Below, piece after piece: positions 19,025-29,988 of a DNA stretch of 64,000 nucleotides. Both the position numbers and the translations under genes were made by a program. The notes below the pieces were generated by a model that ran no database searches, had not been told where the DNA came from, and was given only the letters and a program-made list of their open reading frames with translations. This stretch comes from Vicinamibacteria bacterium (GTDB taxonomy: Bacteria; Acidobacteriota; Vicinamibacteria; Marinacidobacterales; Marinacidobacteraceae): the NCBI GenBank assembly GCA_963668695.2, contig CAXXLQ010000004.1:2560001-2624000 (forward strand). The letters run 5' to 3'. Every line of letters starts with the position of its first letter. The first letter of the stretch is position 1.

Positions 19025-19640
19025 TGATGAAGACTCACATCGATCGCATCGCAACCCTGGTCCATCTGGGGGGTCCGGACCCAGCGGCTGTCAAGGTTGA
19101 AGGAATAGCTTCTCAAGAAGGACACCGGACATCGTGGCGGTTCAAAAGATCTGTGTGTCCGAAGCCGATTCCCCAAAGTGTGAACTCGAAAGAATCGGCT
19201 ACCGCAGCGCGGTTCGGCGTAACGGAGTCCTGGTGGGACTTCGGAGTCGCGATCCTGAGCCGCGGGGATCTCCCAGCGCCGACGAATGTCGTCAAACATC
19301 TGCCCTGCCCTAAACATCTGCCCTACCCTAAATATCTGCCCTGCCCTCAGGCGAAGGGCTCGCGGTACCTGTCCACCGCAATTGGCAGGCTCCGTACCGC
19401 TTCCCTCTACGCCCCGTACTTGAGCCAACTGAGAAAGGCCGAGGCCATCAGACGACGCATCACCAGGCTGCAGCATCTGCGGACCCACCTCCGCAACCAG
19501 GACCTCGCGGACGGGGAGAGCGTCCTGGGCGGGGACTTCCTGGGCGGGGACTTCAACGTCAAGGCCCACGACCTGCCGAAGCCTGATCAGGGGCACCACT
19601 CCGAAGACGAACGACGCGAATTCTCGGCGCTTTGCCGAGA
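19025..19640 (+). pseudogene. Degraded exonuclease III / EEP-family nuclease
   Basis: Across frames: RIAT.., RLSRLKE*LL, PDIVAVQK, IGYRS, GVAILSR, SLYAP and LGGDFNV; stop, frameshifts and no C-terminal SDH. Confidence 0.7.
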
Positions 19641-20096
19641 GCGGGAGCCGCTCCGGGAGCATCGTCCATGAGTGATGAGCTTCCGCGCGTCTTCGAGGTC
19701 GCGGGCGTAATTTTCTGGTTGTTCTACGCCCTCGTGCTGCCGGTGGTCGGCGGCGCCTGGTTCCTCGTTGTCCTCTGCCTCGCCTTCTTCGAGTGGCTTG
19801 CGGGCTGACGCGCGTTTGCCGGGCATCTACCAGCGGTCCCCCGACCACGCCTTCCACGGGCCGGCGCCGAGCGAGCCGCACTACCACGGCTGGACCGTCC
19901 ACGGGGCGCGCGCGATGTTCGCGGTGCCGCTGCGGTTCGCCACGGCGCCCTTCTTCCGGCGCGACAGCAGCCTCCCTGGCTAGCCCAGAGAGCGCCGGCG
20001 TCCCTTCAACGGGCCGCCGCGGTCCGTTCCAGCAGGTCGCAGAGGCGCGGCAGGGCCCGCCGGTCTTTTTCCCGGTCGGCGGTCTCCCTCCCGCCC

Positions 20097-21263
20097 TCAG
20101 ACGACTTCGACGATGTAGCGCTCGCGGAGCAGCCGCCACGCCGACGCTGCGAACGCGGTCAACGGAATCGCCAGCAGCGTCCCGGTGAGGCCGCCGAGCG
20201 CGCTGCCCCAGAAGAGGACCGCGACGATGATCGCCATCCAGTGGAGACCCGTCTGGTCACCCATGATCTTGGGGGTGAGCACCCATCCTTCGATCAACTG
20301 CACGGCGATCAGGACACCGGCGGTCAGAGCCGCGAGCACGAGCCCGCCGTCCGGTTGGATCCAGGCCAGCGGCACCGCGACGGCAAACCCCACGGCCGTC
20401 CCCAGGTAGGGAATGATGGTCAAGACGCCGAGCCCCAACCCGATCACGAAACCGTAGTCGAGGCCGATCGCGGTGAATCCCACCGCCACCAGCAGCCCCT
20501 GGAGGAACGCCACCACGAGTTGGGCCCGGAAGAACACGATCAGGATCTGCACGAAATCCCTGGTGAGCCGGACCACGCTGTCCCGGGTCCGCGGTTTCAG
20601 GAACGGCAGAACCCGGGCCGTGTCGGTGGGCGGGGGCTCCCACAGCAGGAAGAACCCGAAATAGAGTGGCAGAACCGCCCAGGAGAGCAGCGCGCCGACT
20701 CCCCGCAGGATTCCGGCGCTGGCCGCGACCGCCTGTTCCCCGACCAGGGCGAGCCCCTGGAGAAGGGACGCCTGCTGGCTCAGCACGAAGTCCCGGACCT
20801 GCTGTCCCACCGGGTGGTTTTCGAAGAAGTCCACGAACGTCGGGGTCTCGGCGACCACCCAGGCATAGGCGTTTTCAAGAAGGGTCGGCGCCCGTTGCAC
20901 CAGATCGCCAAGCTGGGTCGCGAGCAGGCGCCCGAAGACGAGCGCGAAGCCGGCGAGGGCCGCCGCCACGGATACGTACACCGCGATGAGCGCCGCCCAG
21001 GCGGGCAGCCGCAGGCGGGTCCGGAAGGCGTGGAACCACGGCTTGAAGACCAGCGCGGCCAGACCGCCCACCGCGAGGGGGAGCAGCACGTGGGAGAACG
21101 CGGAGACGAACCGGTAGAGGAGCCAGACGACGCCGCAGCCGGCGCCGAGAATGACCGCTGACGACAGAACGACCAAGGCCGCCGCCCGCGGATCTCCGGA
21201 ACGGGCCGGCTCCGAGCCCCCCGGCCGTTCCGGGCCCCCCGGCCGCCCCGTCCCGTCGTGCAT
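20097..21263 (-). CDS. AI-2E (PerM/UPF0118) family transporter
   Basis: IIPYLG, QLIEGWVLTPKIMGDQTGLH and LGGLTGTLLAIPL motifs. Confidence 0.9.
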   Translation of the reverse strand: MHDGTGRPGGPERPGGSEPARSGDPRAAALVVLSSAVILGAGCGVVWLLYRFVSAFSHVLLPLAVGGLAALVFKPWFHAFRTRLRLPAWAALIAVYVSVAAALAGFALVFGRLLATQLGDLVQRAPTLLENAYAWVVAETPTFVDFFENHPVGQQVRDFVLSQQASLLQGLALVGEQAVAASAGILRGVGALLSWAVLPLYFGFFLLWEPPPTDTARVLPFLKPRTRDSVVRLTRDFVQILIVFFRAQLVVAFLQGLLVAVGFTAIGLDYGFVIGLGLGVLTIIPYLGTAVGFAVAVPLAWIQPDGGLVLAALTAGVLIAVQLIEGWVLTPKIMGDQTGLHWMAIIVAVLFWGSALGGLTGTLLAIPLTAFAASAWRLLRERYIVEVV

Positions 21264-21269
21264 CAGCCC

Positions 21270-21497
21270 GTTAGCGCCCGGTGGCGAAAGCCCTCGCCGT
21301 CAGTTCGCGGCGCAGAGCGCCGCGGGGGTGGGGTGTGGGGAGGGGTTTCCCCTCCCCACGAAAGACGTTGTCGCGAATCGCGGAGCGGTTCGCGGCAACC
21401 TCCCGCGGGGAAAGCGTCCCGCATTCACGGGATTTTGCCGAGTTTGCACGTCTCGCGCGCTAGCCGCGGTGCGGGGCGCTTTTCCCACGGGAGCCTA
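21270..21497. mobile_element. Family-B MITE-like element
   Basis: GTGGGGAGGGGTTTCCCCTCCCCAC hairpin; right end TTTTCCCACGGGAGCCTA overlaps the ahcY stop. Confidence 0.7.
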
Positions 21498-22994
21498 ATA
21501 TCGATAGCTGTCCGGCTTGTAGGGCCCGTCGATCGGGACGTCGATGTAGTCGCTCTGCTCCGGCGTCAGGCGGGTGAGCCGCGCTCCGAGCTTGTCGAGA
21601 TGCAGACGGGCGACTTCCTCGTCGAGATGCTTCGGCAGTACGTGGACACCGAGGGCGTAGTGCTCCGGCCGCTGGTGCAGTTCCAGTTGCGCGAGCACCT
21701 GGTTCGCAAAGCTCGAACTCATCACGAAACTGGGATGGCCGGTCGCGTTCCCGAGGTTCAGCAGCCGTCCCTCCGAAAGCACCAGGATCTGCCGTCCGTC
21801 CGGGAAGATCCAGGCGTCCACCTGGGGCTTGATGTTCTGGCGCCGGATACCCGGTTCGGCGGCGAGTCCCGCCATGTCGATTTCGTTATCGAAGTGGCCG
21901 ACGTTTCCGACGATGGCGTTTCGCTTCATGCGCCGCATGTGCTCCACGCCGATCACCCGGACGTTTCCGGTGGTGGTTACGAAAACGTCGGCCTCGTCGA
22001 CCACGTCTTCCAACCGGACCACCTGATACCCGTCCATGAGCGCCTGGAGCGCGCAGATGGGGTCCACTTCGGTGACGACGATCCGGCACTTCTGCCCGGC
22101 GAGCGACTGCGCCGCGCCCTTACCCACCTCGCCGTAGCCGAGCACCACCGCGAGCTTGCCGCTCAGCATCACGTCGGTGCCCCGCATGAGGCCGTCCACC
22201 AGCGAGTGCCGGATTCCGTAGACGTTGTCGAACTTGCTCTTCGTGACCGAGTCGTTGACGTTGATCGCGGGAAACAGCAGCGATCCCTCGCGGTGCATGC
22301 GGGCCAGCCGGTGGACCCCGGTGGTGGTTTCCTCGGTGACGCCCACGATGCCGGCGGCGAGCGCTCCGAGCCAGCCCGGCCGTTCTTCGGCGGCGGCCGC
22401 GAGGAGCGAATAGATGACGGCCACTTCCTCGTTCTCCGCCGATTCCGGCGCCGGAACGGCTCCCGCGCGCTCGCATTCCACGCCCTTGTGTACCAGCAGG
22501 GTGGCGTCGCCGCCGTCATCCAGGATGAGGCTGGGGCCGCGCCCGTCCGGCCAGTCGAAGGCCTGCGCCGTGCACCACCAGTACTCGGCGAGCGTCTCGC
22601 CCTTCCACGCGAAGACCGCCGGCCCTCTCAGGTCGTGGGCGTCTCCGCCGCGTCCCGCCACCACGGCGGCGGCGGCGTGGTCCTGGGTCGAGTAGATGTT
22701 GCAGCTCGCCCAGCGCACTTCCGCGCCGAGATCCAGCAGTGTTTCGATGAGCACCGCGGTCTGGATCGTCATGTGGAGCGATCCGGTGATCCGGGCGCCG
22801 GCGAGCGGCCGGTCCACCGCGTAGCGCTCCCGAATCGCCATCAGACCCGGCATCTCGTGTTCTGCAAGTTCGATTTCGCGCCGCCCGAAGGCGATGGTTT
22901 CCGGGGAGAGATCGGCGACGCGATGAGGAACGCCCCCGAACAGCGGTAGTCCGGTGTTCAGGAAGGTCCGGGTCGCAGCGGGGGCTTGGGGCAC
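21495..22994 (-). CDS. ahcY: Adenosylhomocysteinase
   Basis: [48 protein letters not shown] and [10 protein letters not shown] motifs. Confidence 0.98.
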   Translation of the reverse strand: MPQAPAATRTFLNTGLPLFGGVPHRVADLSPETIAFGRREIELAEHEMPGLMAIRERYAVDRPLAGARITGSLHMTIQTAVLIETLLDLGAEVRWASCNIYSTQDHAAAAVVAGRGGDAHDLRGPAVFAWKGETLAEYWWCTAQAFDWPDGRGPSLILDDGGDATLLVHKGVECERAGAVPAPESAENEEVAVIYSLLAAAAEERPGWLGALAAGIVGVTEETTTGVHRLARMHREGSLLFPAINVNDSVTKSKFDNVYGIRHSLVDGLMRGTDVMLSGKLAVVLGYGEVGKGAAQSLAGQKCRIVVTEVDPICALQALMDGYQVVRLEDVVDEADVFVTTTGNVRVIGVEHMRRMKRNAIVGNVGHFDNEIDMAGLAAEPGIRRQNIKPQVDAWIFPDGRQILVLSEGRLLNLGNATGHPSFVMSSSFANQVLAQLELHQRPEHYALGVHVLPKHLDEEVARLHLDKLGARLTRLTPEQSDYIDVPIDGPYKPDSYRY

Positions 22995-23028
22995 GGATTC
23001 CGGGTCCTTTGGGAAGAGCGGTCGTGGA

Positions 23029-23946
23029 TCAGCGGTCGTTTTTTCGGCGTCCGCCGCCGAGGAAGGCGGTAGACAGGAACCCCCCGGCGAGGGCCAAACC
23101 GGCGGTGACGATCTGGGCGCCCGTCGGTACGAAATGGACGCCGTTCATGGTCTGGAAGGGCCAGAGCCCTGCCGAGGCTCCCAGCAGGAGCCCGAAGAGC
23201 ACGCCGAGAGTCACCTGCCGATGGGCGCCCAGAAAGTATCGCACGAGGCGCGCGGCGGCGGCGATGCCGAGCGCTATGCCGAAGAAGAAGGGGAGGACGC
23301 CGGAAATGGCCGCGAGAATCGCCGACGGATCCCAGGGCCGCGATCCGAGGGTGTCTGCCAGCCGGTCCGCCGCGTTCAGAAACGGCAGGTACATCCCCAT
23401 CAACAGCAGCAGGGTGCTGCCGCTGATCCCGGGCAGCACCATCGCGAAGGCGGCGACCGCTCCGGCCCCGAAGAGGGCGGGCGCCGACGCCGCGAGTGCC
23501 GACGCCTCCGGGCCTCCCCGGCTTACCAGCACGATCGGAAGCACTACTGCCAGCGCTCCCGCGACCGATCCCACCCCAAAGGCCCGGTCGGGAGATGACG
23601 CCATCCGCCAGAGCAGCGGGGCGCCCCCGAGCGTGAGGCCGAGGAACAGCGCGAAGAACAGGACCGGCCACGCGGTGAAGGCGTCGCGAGCCGCACCGGC
23701 GACGCCGAAGACGGCCAGCAGGGCTGATCCGACGGTCACCAGGAGGCGGGCCACCGAGGCGCGCCGCAGCCGTCCCGAGGTGATTTCGGCGACCGCGCCT
23801 ACCAGCTCCGGGTAGACCCCGGCGGCCAGAATCATCGTTCCGGCGCTCACCCCAGGTACGAGACTCGCGAGGCCGCCGAGGATTCCGGCCACCGCACATC
23901 GTCCCAGGGTTACCCTGCGGCCGGTCCCTCCGCTGAGCTGCACCAT
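23029..23946 (-). CDS. DUF368 family membrane protein
   Basis: [15 protein letters not shown] and [17 protein letters not shown] motifs; start uncertain. Confidence 0.85.
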   Translation of the reverse strand: MVQLSGGTGRRVTLGRCAVAGILGGLASLVPGVSAGTMILAAGVYPELVGAVAEITSGRLRRASVARLLVTVGSALLAVFGVAGAARDAFTAWPVLFFALFLGLTLGGAPLLWRMASSPDRAFGVGSVAGALAVVLPIVLVSRGGPEASALAASAPALFGAGAVAAFAMVLPGISGSTLLLLMGMYLPFLNAADRLADTLGSRPWDPSAILAAISGVLPFFFGIALGIAAAARLVRYFLGAHRQVTLGVLFGLLLGASAGLWPFQTMNGVHFVPTGAQIVTAGLALAGGFLSTAFLGGGRRKNDR

Positions 23947-24033
23947 TTGGCGAGTGTACGGTTCAAGAGCGCTCCCCCGGCCGCTCGCGATCGGCCATGA
24001 TCCCGGCGCCGGTCCCAAGCACCCGAGGGCCTA

Positions 24034-24691
24034 AACAGCCTGTGCTGAAACCCAGGCGGCGTTCGAGCGGCGATCCATCCCGGCCAAACAACCGGTGATG
24101 AAACCCACGCGGCCCAGTTCTCCCGGTGGGGGCTCGGCCGGCGATCCATCCCGGCCAAACAACCGGTGATGAAACCCACGCGGCCCAGTTCTCCCGGTGG
24201 GGGCTCGGCCGGCGATCCATCCCGGCTGAACCGCGTCGCTTCGCGGCGCTCATCGTTGCGTTTCGGTCGGAATACACGCGGTATTCCTCCCTCACGCGCC
24301 TTGTCAGCCGGACCCCCACCGGGAGAACTGGGCCTCGCCGGCCTCGGCGCTCACGCGGGTTCCACCACCGGCTGTTCACCGCGTCGCTTCGCGCCGCTCA
24401 TCGTTGCGTTTCGGTCGGAATACACCCGGGCCAGTTCTCCCGGTGGGGGCTCCTCCCTCACGCGCCTTGTCAGCCGGGCGCCTCCCCGGCCTCGGCGCTC
24501 ACGTGGGTTCCACCACCGGCTGTTCACCGCGCCGCTTTGCGGCGCTCGGCGTTGCGCTTCGGTCGAAATACACTCGGGCCAGTTCTCCCGGTGGGGGCTC
24601 CTCCCTCACGCGCCTTGTCACCCGGACCCCCACCGGGAGAACTGGGCCTCCCCGCTCTCGGCGCTCACCCGGGTTCCACCACAGGCTGTTA
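24034..24691. mobile_element. Compound family-A MITE array
   Basis: CTAA-ACAGCCTGTGCTGAAACCC...GGGTTCCACCACAGGCTGT-TAA; three cores; six 18-mers. Confidence 0.85.
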
Positions 24692-26275
24692 ATGCTTCGA
24701 AAAACGAGTGTCACCTTCGTCGCTCTCCTCCTCACCGCCAGCGGCTGCGGGGACCGCTACGACCGGATTCTGGTGGGCGGCGAGGTGTACGACGGGCGCG
24801 GGAACCCGCCGCAGGTCATGGATATCGGCATCAACGGCGACCGCATCGCCGCCATCGGGGACCTGTCCGCGGCAAGCGCCGGGCAGCGCACCGACGTCTC
24901 CGGGCTCGCGGTGGTCCCCGGCCTGGTGGATATCCACAGCCACGCGGTCCTTGGCGTCTTCCGTCACCCGCTCGCGGAGAACTACCTGCGGCAGGGGGTG
25001 ACCACCGCCGTCGGCGGCCCCGACGGCGGCTCGCCGCTGCCGGTCGGCGCGTGGCTGGAGCGGTTCGAGGCGGAGGGCTCCGCGATCAACATGGGGCTCC
25101 TGGTCGGGCACGGGACCGTGCGCCGCGAAGTTCTGGGAATGGAGGATCGGGCCCCGACCGAAGCCGAACTCGACGCCATGCGCGACCTGGTGGACGCCGC
25201 GATGCGCGAGGGAGCGTTCGGTCTCTCCACCGGGCTCAAGCTCCTCCCCGGCGCCTTCGCCGAGACCGAGGAGGTCATCGCCCTCGCCCGGGTGGCCGCG
25301 GGCTACGGCGGCGTTCACATCAGCCACCTGCGCGAGGAGGGGCTGGCGCTGCTGGACGCGGTGCGCGAGACGATCCGCATTGGCGAGGAGGGAGGTCTCC
25401 CCACCCAACTCACCCATCACAAGGTGGTCGGCGCCCCGATGTGGGGTCGGAGCGAGGCGAGCCTCGCCCTCGTGGACGAAGCGGTGGCCCGCGGGGTGGA
25501 TGTGACGATCGACCAATATCCCTACACCGCCTCGTCCACTTTTCTCACGATCCTGTTTCCGGCCTGGAGCCTCGCCGGCGGCGCCGAAGCTCTCGCCGGG
25601 CGCCTCCGGGACCACGGGGACCCCGGGGACCGGGAGCGGATCCGGTTGGCGGTCCGGGAGAACCTCGAAGTGGATCGTGGCGGCGGCAGCCCCGACAACG
25701 TCGTCATCGCCGATTGCGAGTGGGACCCGTCGCTCGAAGGGAAGAGCCTCGGCGACATCCTTCGCGAACGGGGTCTCCCCGTCACGACCGACGCGGGGGC
25801 GACGCTCGCCCTCGAACTCCAGGAAAAAGGCGGGTTCCTCGGCGTCTTCCACGCCATGCACGAGGACGATGTCCGACGCATCATGCTCCATCCGCGGACC
25901 ATGATCGCCTCCGACGGCGGCATCGTGGCCCCCGGCGAAGGGGTGCCGCATCCGCGGAACTACGGGACCTTCGCCCGGGTGTTTTCGCTCTATGTCCGCG
26001 AGGCCGGCCTGCTTTCCTTCGCCGAGGCGGTCCGCAAGATGACTTCGCTCCCGGCCGGCCGGCTCGGGATGACCGATCGGGGGGTGCTGGAGGAAGGGGC
26101 GGTTGCGGACATTGCGGTGCTCGACCCGGAAGCGGTCGAGGCGCCGGCCGGGTTCGGCGATCCGCACCGGTACGCCACCGGGGCGCGGCACGTGCTGGTC
26201 TCCGGGGTCTTGGTCCTCGAGGACGGGGAGGTCACCGGCGCCCGTCCCGGCCGCGCACTCCGCCGCGGCCGGTAG
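24692..26275 (+). CDS. N-acyl-D-amino-acid deacylase family amidohydrolase, lipoprotein
   Basis: PGLVDIHSH, GAFGLSTGL, DQYPYTASST and PHPRNYGTFAR motifs; lipobox ASG-C. Confidence 0.92.
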   Translation: MLRKTSVTFVALLLTASGCGDRYDRILVGGEVYDGRGNPPQVMDIGINGDRIAAIGDLSAASAGQRTDVSGLAVVPGLVDIHSHAVLGVFRHPLAENYLRQGVTTAVGGPDGGSPLPVGAWLERFEAEGSAINMGLLVGHGTVRREVLGMEDRAPTEAELDAMRDLVDAAMREGAFGLSTGLKLLPGAFAETEEVIALARVAAGYGGVHISHLREEGLALLDAVRETIRIGEEGGLPTQLTHHKVVGAPMWGRSEASLALVDEAVARGVDVTIDQYPYTASSTFLTILFPAWSLAGGAEALAGRLRDHGDPGDRERIRLAVRENLEVDRGGGSPDNVVIADCEWDPSLEGKSLGDILRERGLPVTTDAGATLALELQEKGGFLGVFHAMHEDDVRRIMLHPRTMIASDGGIVAPGEGVPHPRNYGTFARVFSLYVREAGLLSFAEAVRKMTSLPAGRLGMTDRGVLEEGAVADIAVLDPEAVEAPAGFGDPHRYATGARHVLVSGVLVLEDGEVTGARPGRALRRGR

Positions 26276-26370
26276 GAGCGCCGGTCTTCAGGGCCCGACC
26301 GGGAGAACTGGCCAGCATCGCCCGCCGGAGGCGGGCGAAACGCGCGATGCTCACCACCCTCGCGGTGCCC
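26276..26370. repeat. Family-C REP-like repeat with 18-mer
   Basis: GGAGCGCCGGTCTTCAGGGCCCGACCGGGAGAACTGGCCAGCATCGCCC; similar to 51780-51875. Confidence 0.7.
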
Positions 26371-26458
26371 ACGGTAACGCTGGGTTCCCGAGGTTGAAGA
26401 AGACGCGCTGGCAGCATCGGAAACGCCTCCACGAAGCGAAAACCGCGAAGATACCCCG

Positions 26459-27088
26459 GTGTTCGCTGTTCGCGATCTGTCCATCTCCGGCCTGCCGCCG
26501 CTCGCCTTCGAGGTGCCGCCGGCCGGCGTCCTCGCGATTTCGGGTCCCTCCGGGTCGGGCAAGACCCTCCTGCTCCGGGCCCTCGCCGACCTCGATCCGC
26601 ATGGGGGACAACTCTCGTGGTCGGGAAGATCGTGCGAGGGGGTACCGGCGCCCGAGTGGCGCCGGCAGGTGGGACTGCTCCCCGCCGAACCGCGCTTCTG
26701 GCACCCCACGGTCGGCGCGCACTTCCCGGCCGAAGCGAACGCGCTGGGGGAGGAGTTCGCCTCCCTCCGGCTTGACCCCAAGATTCGAGATGCCGACCCC
26801 ATGCTCCTGTCCACCGGCGAACGATCCCGGCTGGCGCTCCTGCGACTCCTGCTGCGCGCTCCCGAAGTCCTTCTCCTCGACGAGCCCACGGCCAACCTCG
26901 ACCAGGACAACCGGGCGCTCGTCATAGGACGGATCGACCGCTACCGGAGAGAGCACGGGGCGCCCGTACTGTGGGTTTCCCATCTCCCGGAGGTGGTCGC
27001 CGCCGCGGACCGGGTGCTGGTTCTTCCGGAAGGGAACGTGCGGTTGCCCTCTCCCGGAAGCGCGGCCGCGGCGGAGAATTCTCCGTGA
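26459..27088 (+). CDS. ABC ATP-binding protein, FetA/YbbL-like
   Basis: GPSGSGKT, LSTGE, LLLDEPTANLD and WVSH motifs. Confidence 0.9.
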   Translation: MFAVRDLSISGLPPLAFEVPPAGVLAISGPSGSGKTLLLRALADLDPHGGQLSWSGRSCEGVPAPEWRRQVGLLPAEPRFWHPTVGAHFPAEANALGEEFASLRLDPKIRDADPMLLSTGERSRLALLRLLLRAPEVLLLDEPTANLDQDNRALVIGRIDRYRREHGAPVLWVSHLPEVVAAADRVLVLPEGNVRLPSPGSAAAAENSP

Positions 27089-27873
27089 TTCCTCTCACCT
27101 ACTGGGACCTCGTCGCGGCGGCGGCCACGGTGGTGGCGCTCGCCGCCGCGAACCGGATGGCGGGACTCGGCGCCTCCCGCCAACTGCTCTGGCTCGCCGC
27201 CCGGGGGTCCGCTCAGCTTCTGCTGTTGGGGCTCGTGCTGCGGTTCGTACTCGGAACGAGTCATCCCGTGATCGTCGGACTCATGGCGCTCTTCATGCTG
27301 GCGGTTGCGACGCGCGAGGTGAAGGTCCGCCAGGCGCGCCCGCTGGCCGGACGCTGGGGCTACTTCGCCGGAGCCCTGGCGATGTTCCTCTCGTCGTTCC
27401 TTTTCACTGTGTTCGCGCTCGCGGTGGTGCTTGGGCCCGATCCCTGGTGGGCGCCCCGGTTTTCCATCCCGCTCCTCGGCATGCTGCTCGGAAACACCAT
27501 GAACGGGGTTTCGCTCTCCACCGAGCGACTGACCGAAGCGGTGGTCCGGAGCCGCGACGTGATCGAACAGCGCCTCGCCCTCGGGGAAACCCGCGAGCAG
27601 GCGGTGTCCGACATTTCCCGGGAGAGCGTGCGGGCCGGGTTGATCCCGATTTTCAATGCGATGGCGGCTGCCGGAGTGGTGAGCCTTCCCGGAATGATGA
27701 CCGGGCAGATCCTCGCCGGAGCCCCGGTGGACCAGGCCGTCCGGTACCAGATCCTGATCCTGCTGCTCATCGCCGCGGGGACCGGTTTCGGGGTGTTGGC
27801 CGCGGTGCGGGTGGTATCCCGGAGGCTCTTCGACGACCGGCACCGGCTGCGGATCGATCGCCTCGCCGCCTGA
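27085..27873 (+). CDS. ABC permease, FetB/YbbM (UPF0014) family
   Basis: IPLLGMLLGNTMNG and GVVSLPGMMTGQILAG..P..AVRYQI motifs. Confidence 0.92.
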   Translation: MIPLTYWDLVAAAATVVALAAANRMAGLGASRQLLWLAARGSAQLLLLGLVLRFVLGTSHPVIVGLMALFMLAVATREVKVRQARPLAGRWGYFAGALAMFLSSFLFTVFALAVVLGPDPWWAPRFSIPLLGMLLGNTMNGVSLSTERLTEAVVRSRDVIEQRLALGETREQAVSDISRESVRAGLIPIFNAMAAAGVVSLPGMMTGQILAGAPVDQAVRYQILILLLIAAGTGFGVLAAVRVVSRRLFDDRHRLRIDRLAA

Positions 27874-27919
27874 AGAGGTCGCGCGGAAGACTCCGCGCCC
27901 GTCGACCAGACAGGCGATA

Positions 27920-28125
27920 GTCAGTAGTCGGGCGGCGGCGCGGAGCGCCGCCGGGGGAGGGGTTTGGGGAGGGGTTTCCCCTCCCCACAAAGAACGGAGG
28001 TGAGGATCGCGCAGCGATTCGCACCTCCACCCGTGGGAAAAGCACCCCGCTGCAGAGAAATCCACGGGTTCTGCCGTTTCCTTTGCGTTGGAGGAGAAAG
28101 GGGTGCATTTCCCACGGGCGTTTGT
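27920..28125. mobile_element. Family-B MITE-like element
   Basis: GGGGAGGGGTTTCCCCTCCCC hairpin and CCCGTGGGAAAAGCACCCC...GGGGTGCATTTCCCACGGG stem. Confidence 0.65.
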
Positions 28126-28160
28126 AGGATACTGACCGGCTTCCGGAGGGCACCTACCGA

Positions 28161-29819
28161 ATGTCTCGAAACCGTCGCTCAAGCCTGCTTCTGGCTCTGC
28201 TCGTCGCCTGCGCGGTGGCCGCGCCACTGGCCGCTCAGGAAGACCTTCCCTTCCCGGTGCCGGACCGCACCGACGGGGAAGGGCCCTGGGACCGATTGAT
28301 CCTGCGCGGGCCCATCGTGATCGACGGCACCGGAGCGCCGCCGTACGGCCCCGTGGACATCATCGTCGAGGGCAACATCATCCACTCGATCCACAACGTG
28401 GGCACCGGGGTGACTCCGATCCGCGAAGAGGATCGTCCCAAGGCGGAGCCGGGGGATCACGAGATCGATCTCGAAGGCCACTACATCCTGCCCGGATTCA
28501 TCGACATGCACCTCCATCAGCACAACGAGGGCGAGGGGCAGAAGGTGCCCACCGAGTACATCCACAAACTCTGGATGGGCCACGGGATCACCACGGGCGG
28601 CGACCTCGGCAACTTCAACACCCGCTGGCTCATCCATCACAAGAACAGGGCGTGGAACAACGAAATCACCTCCCCGCGCATCCAGGCGTTCGTGGTCTTC
28701 GGGCGGGACGGTGAGGAACCGGTGACGAACCCCGACGCCGCCCGCCGCTGGGTGCAGTGGGTGAAGGAACAGGGGGCCGACGGGATCAAGTTCTTCGGAG
28801 CGCAGCCGCGGATCTTCCGGGCGGCGCTCGACGAAGCGGCCAAGCAGGGGCTCCGCTCCACCTCCCATCACGCCCAACTCGACGTGGTGGGCATGAACGC
28901 GCTCGAAACCGCCCGTGCCGGGCTGACCTCCATGACCCACTGGTACGGCCTCCCCGAGGCGATGTTCGTGGACAAGGCAATCCAGCACTACCCGGCCGAC
29001 TACAACTACAACAACGAGTACCACCGTTTTGGAGAAGCCGGACGGCTGTGGGCCCAGGCCGCGCCCCCGTTCTCGGAGAAATGGAACGAGGTGATGAACG
29101 AGCTCCTGGAGCTGGACTTCTCGATCCACCCGACCTGGGTCGCCTACATCGGCACCCGGGATCTCATGCGCCAGCAGCGGAACGAGTGGCACTCCGTTTA
29201 CACCCATCCCAACCTCTGGGAGTTCTACCGGCCGAACGCCGAGAACCACGCCTCCTACTTCTTCGACTGGACCACCCAGGTCGAACTCAACTGGAAGGAG
29301 AACTACCGGCTCTGGATGACCTTCGTGAACGAGTTCAAGAACCGCGGAGGCCGCGTCGCGGTCGGTAGCGACTCGGGCTACACCTTCAATCTCTACGGAT
29401 TCGGCTTTGTCCAGGAGCTCGAACTGATGCAGGAAGCGGGCTTCCATCCGCTCGAGGTCATCAAGGCGGCGACCCTGAACGGCGCCCAGGTGCTCGGGCT
29501 CGATGACCGGCTCGGGAGCATCGAAGAGGAAAAGCTTGCCGACTTCGTGGTGCTCGAGGAGAACCCCCTTCACAACCTGAAGGTGCTCTACGGGACCGGA
29601 ACGATCCGGCTGAACCACGAAACCGGCCGGACCGAGCGGATCGGCACGATCCGCTACACCATCAAGGACGGCATCGTGTACGACACCCGGAAGCTGCTCT
29701 CCGACGTGCGCGAGACCGTGCGCGCCGCCCGCGCCGAGCAGGGGCTTCCGCCCCCGCCGATGCCGCTCTTCCTCGAGGACAACGCCGACCACGACTTCCC
29801 GAAGCCGGGCAAGCGCTAG
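28161..29819 (+). CDS. Secreted amidohydrolase family protein
   Basis: Signal peptide; LPGFIDMHLH, VGSDSG, ATLNGA and GSIEEEKLADFV motifs. Confidence 0.9.
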   Translation: MSRNRRSSLLLALLVACAVAAPLAAQEDLPFPVPDRTDGEGPWDRLILRGPIVIDGTGAPPYGPVDIIVEGNIIHSIHNVGTGVTPIREEDRPKAEPGDHEIDLEGHYILPGFIDMHLHQHNEGEGQKVPTEYIHKLWMGHGITTGGDLGNFNTRWLIHHKNRAWNNEITSPRIQAFVVFGRDGEEPVTNPDAARRWVQWVKEQGADGIKFFGAQPRIFRAALDEAAKQGLRSTSHHAQLDVVGMNALETARAGLTSMTHWYGLPEAMFVDKAIQHYPADYNYNNEYHRFGEAGRLWAQAAPPFSEKWNEVMNELLELDFSIHPTWVAYIGTRDLMRQQRNEWHSVYTHPNLWEFYRPNAENHASYFFDWTTQVELNWKENYRLWMTFVNEFKNRGGRVAVGSDSGYTFNLYGFGFVQELELMQEAGFHPLEVIKAATLNGAQVLGLDDRLGSIEEEKLADFVVLEENPLHNLKVLYGTGTIRLNHETGRTERIGTIRYTIKDGIVYDTRKLLSDVRETVRAARAEQGLPPPPMPLFLEDNADHDFPKPGKR

Positions 29820-29822
29820 AAA

Positions 29823-29985
29823 GGGAGCGCCGGCCTTCAGGCCGGCACTGCGGCGCGCAGCGCCGCGGAACCGCGTACCGCACATCCCGCAGAAGCGCGG
29901 GAACGGCTTGGAACGCCGGCCTCCGGCCGGCACGGCCCGCCGATAGGCGGGCGAAACCGCGCAACGCCACGCGGGAAGAAGCGCG
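29823..29985. repeat. Family-C REP-like hairpins without the 19 bp insert
   Basis: GGGAGCGCCGGCCTTCAGGCCGGCA and GGAACGCCGGCCTCCGGCCGGCA. Confidence 0.7.
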
Positions 29986-29988
29986 CAG

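Noticed and set aside
22995-23030. SAH riboswitch before ahcY, and purine riboswitch before the NCS2 permease (40670-40830)
   Set aside because: There is little space before ahcY and I recognise no aptamer consensus at either site; an Rfam scan is needed to exclude them fully.
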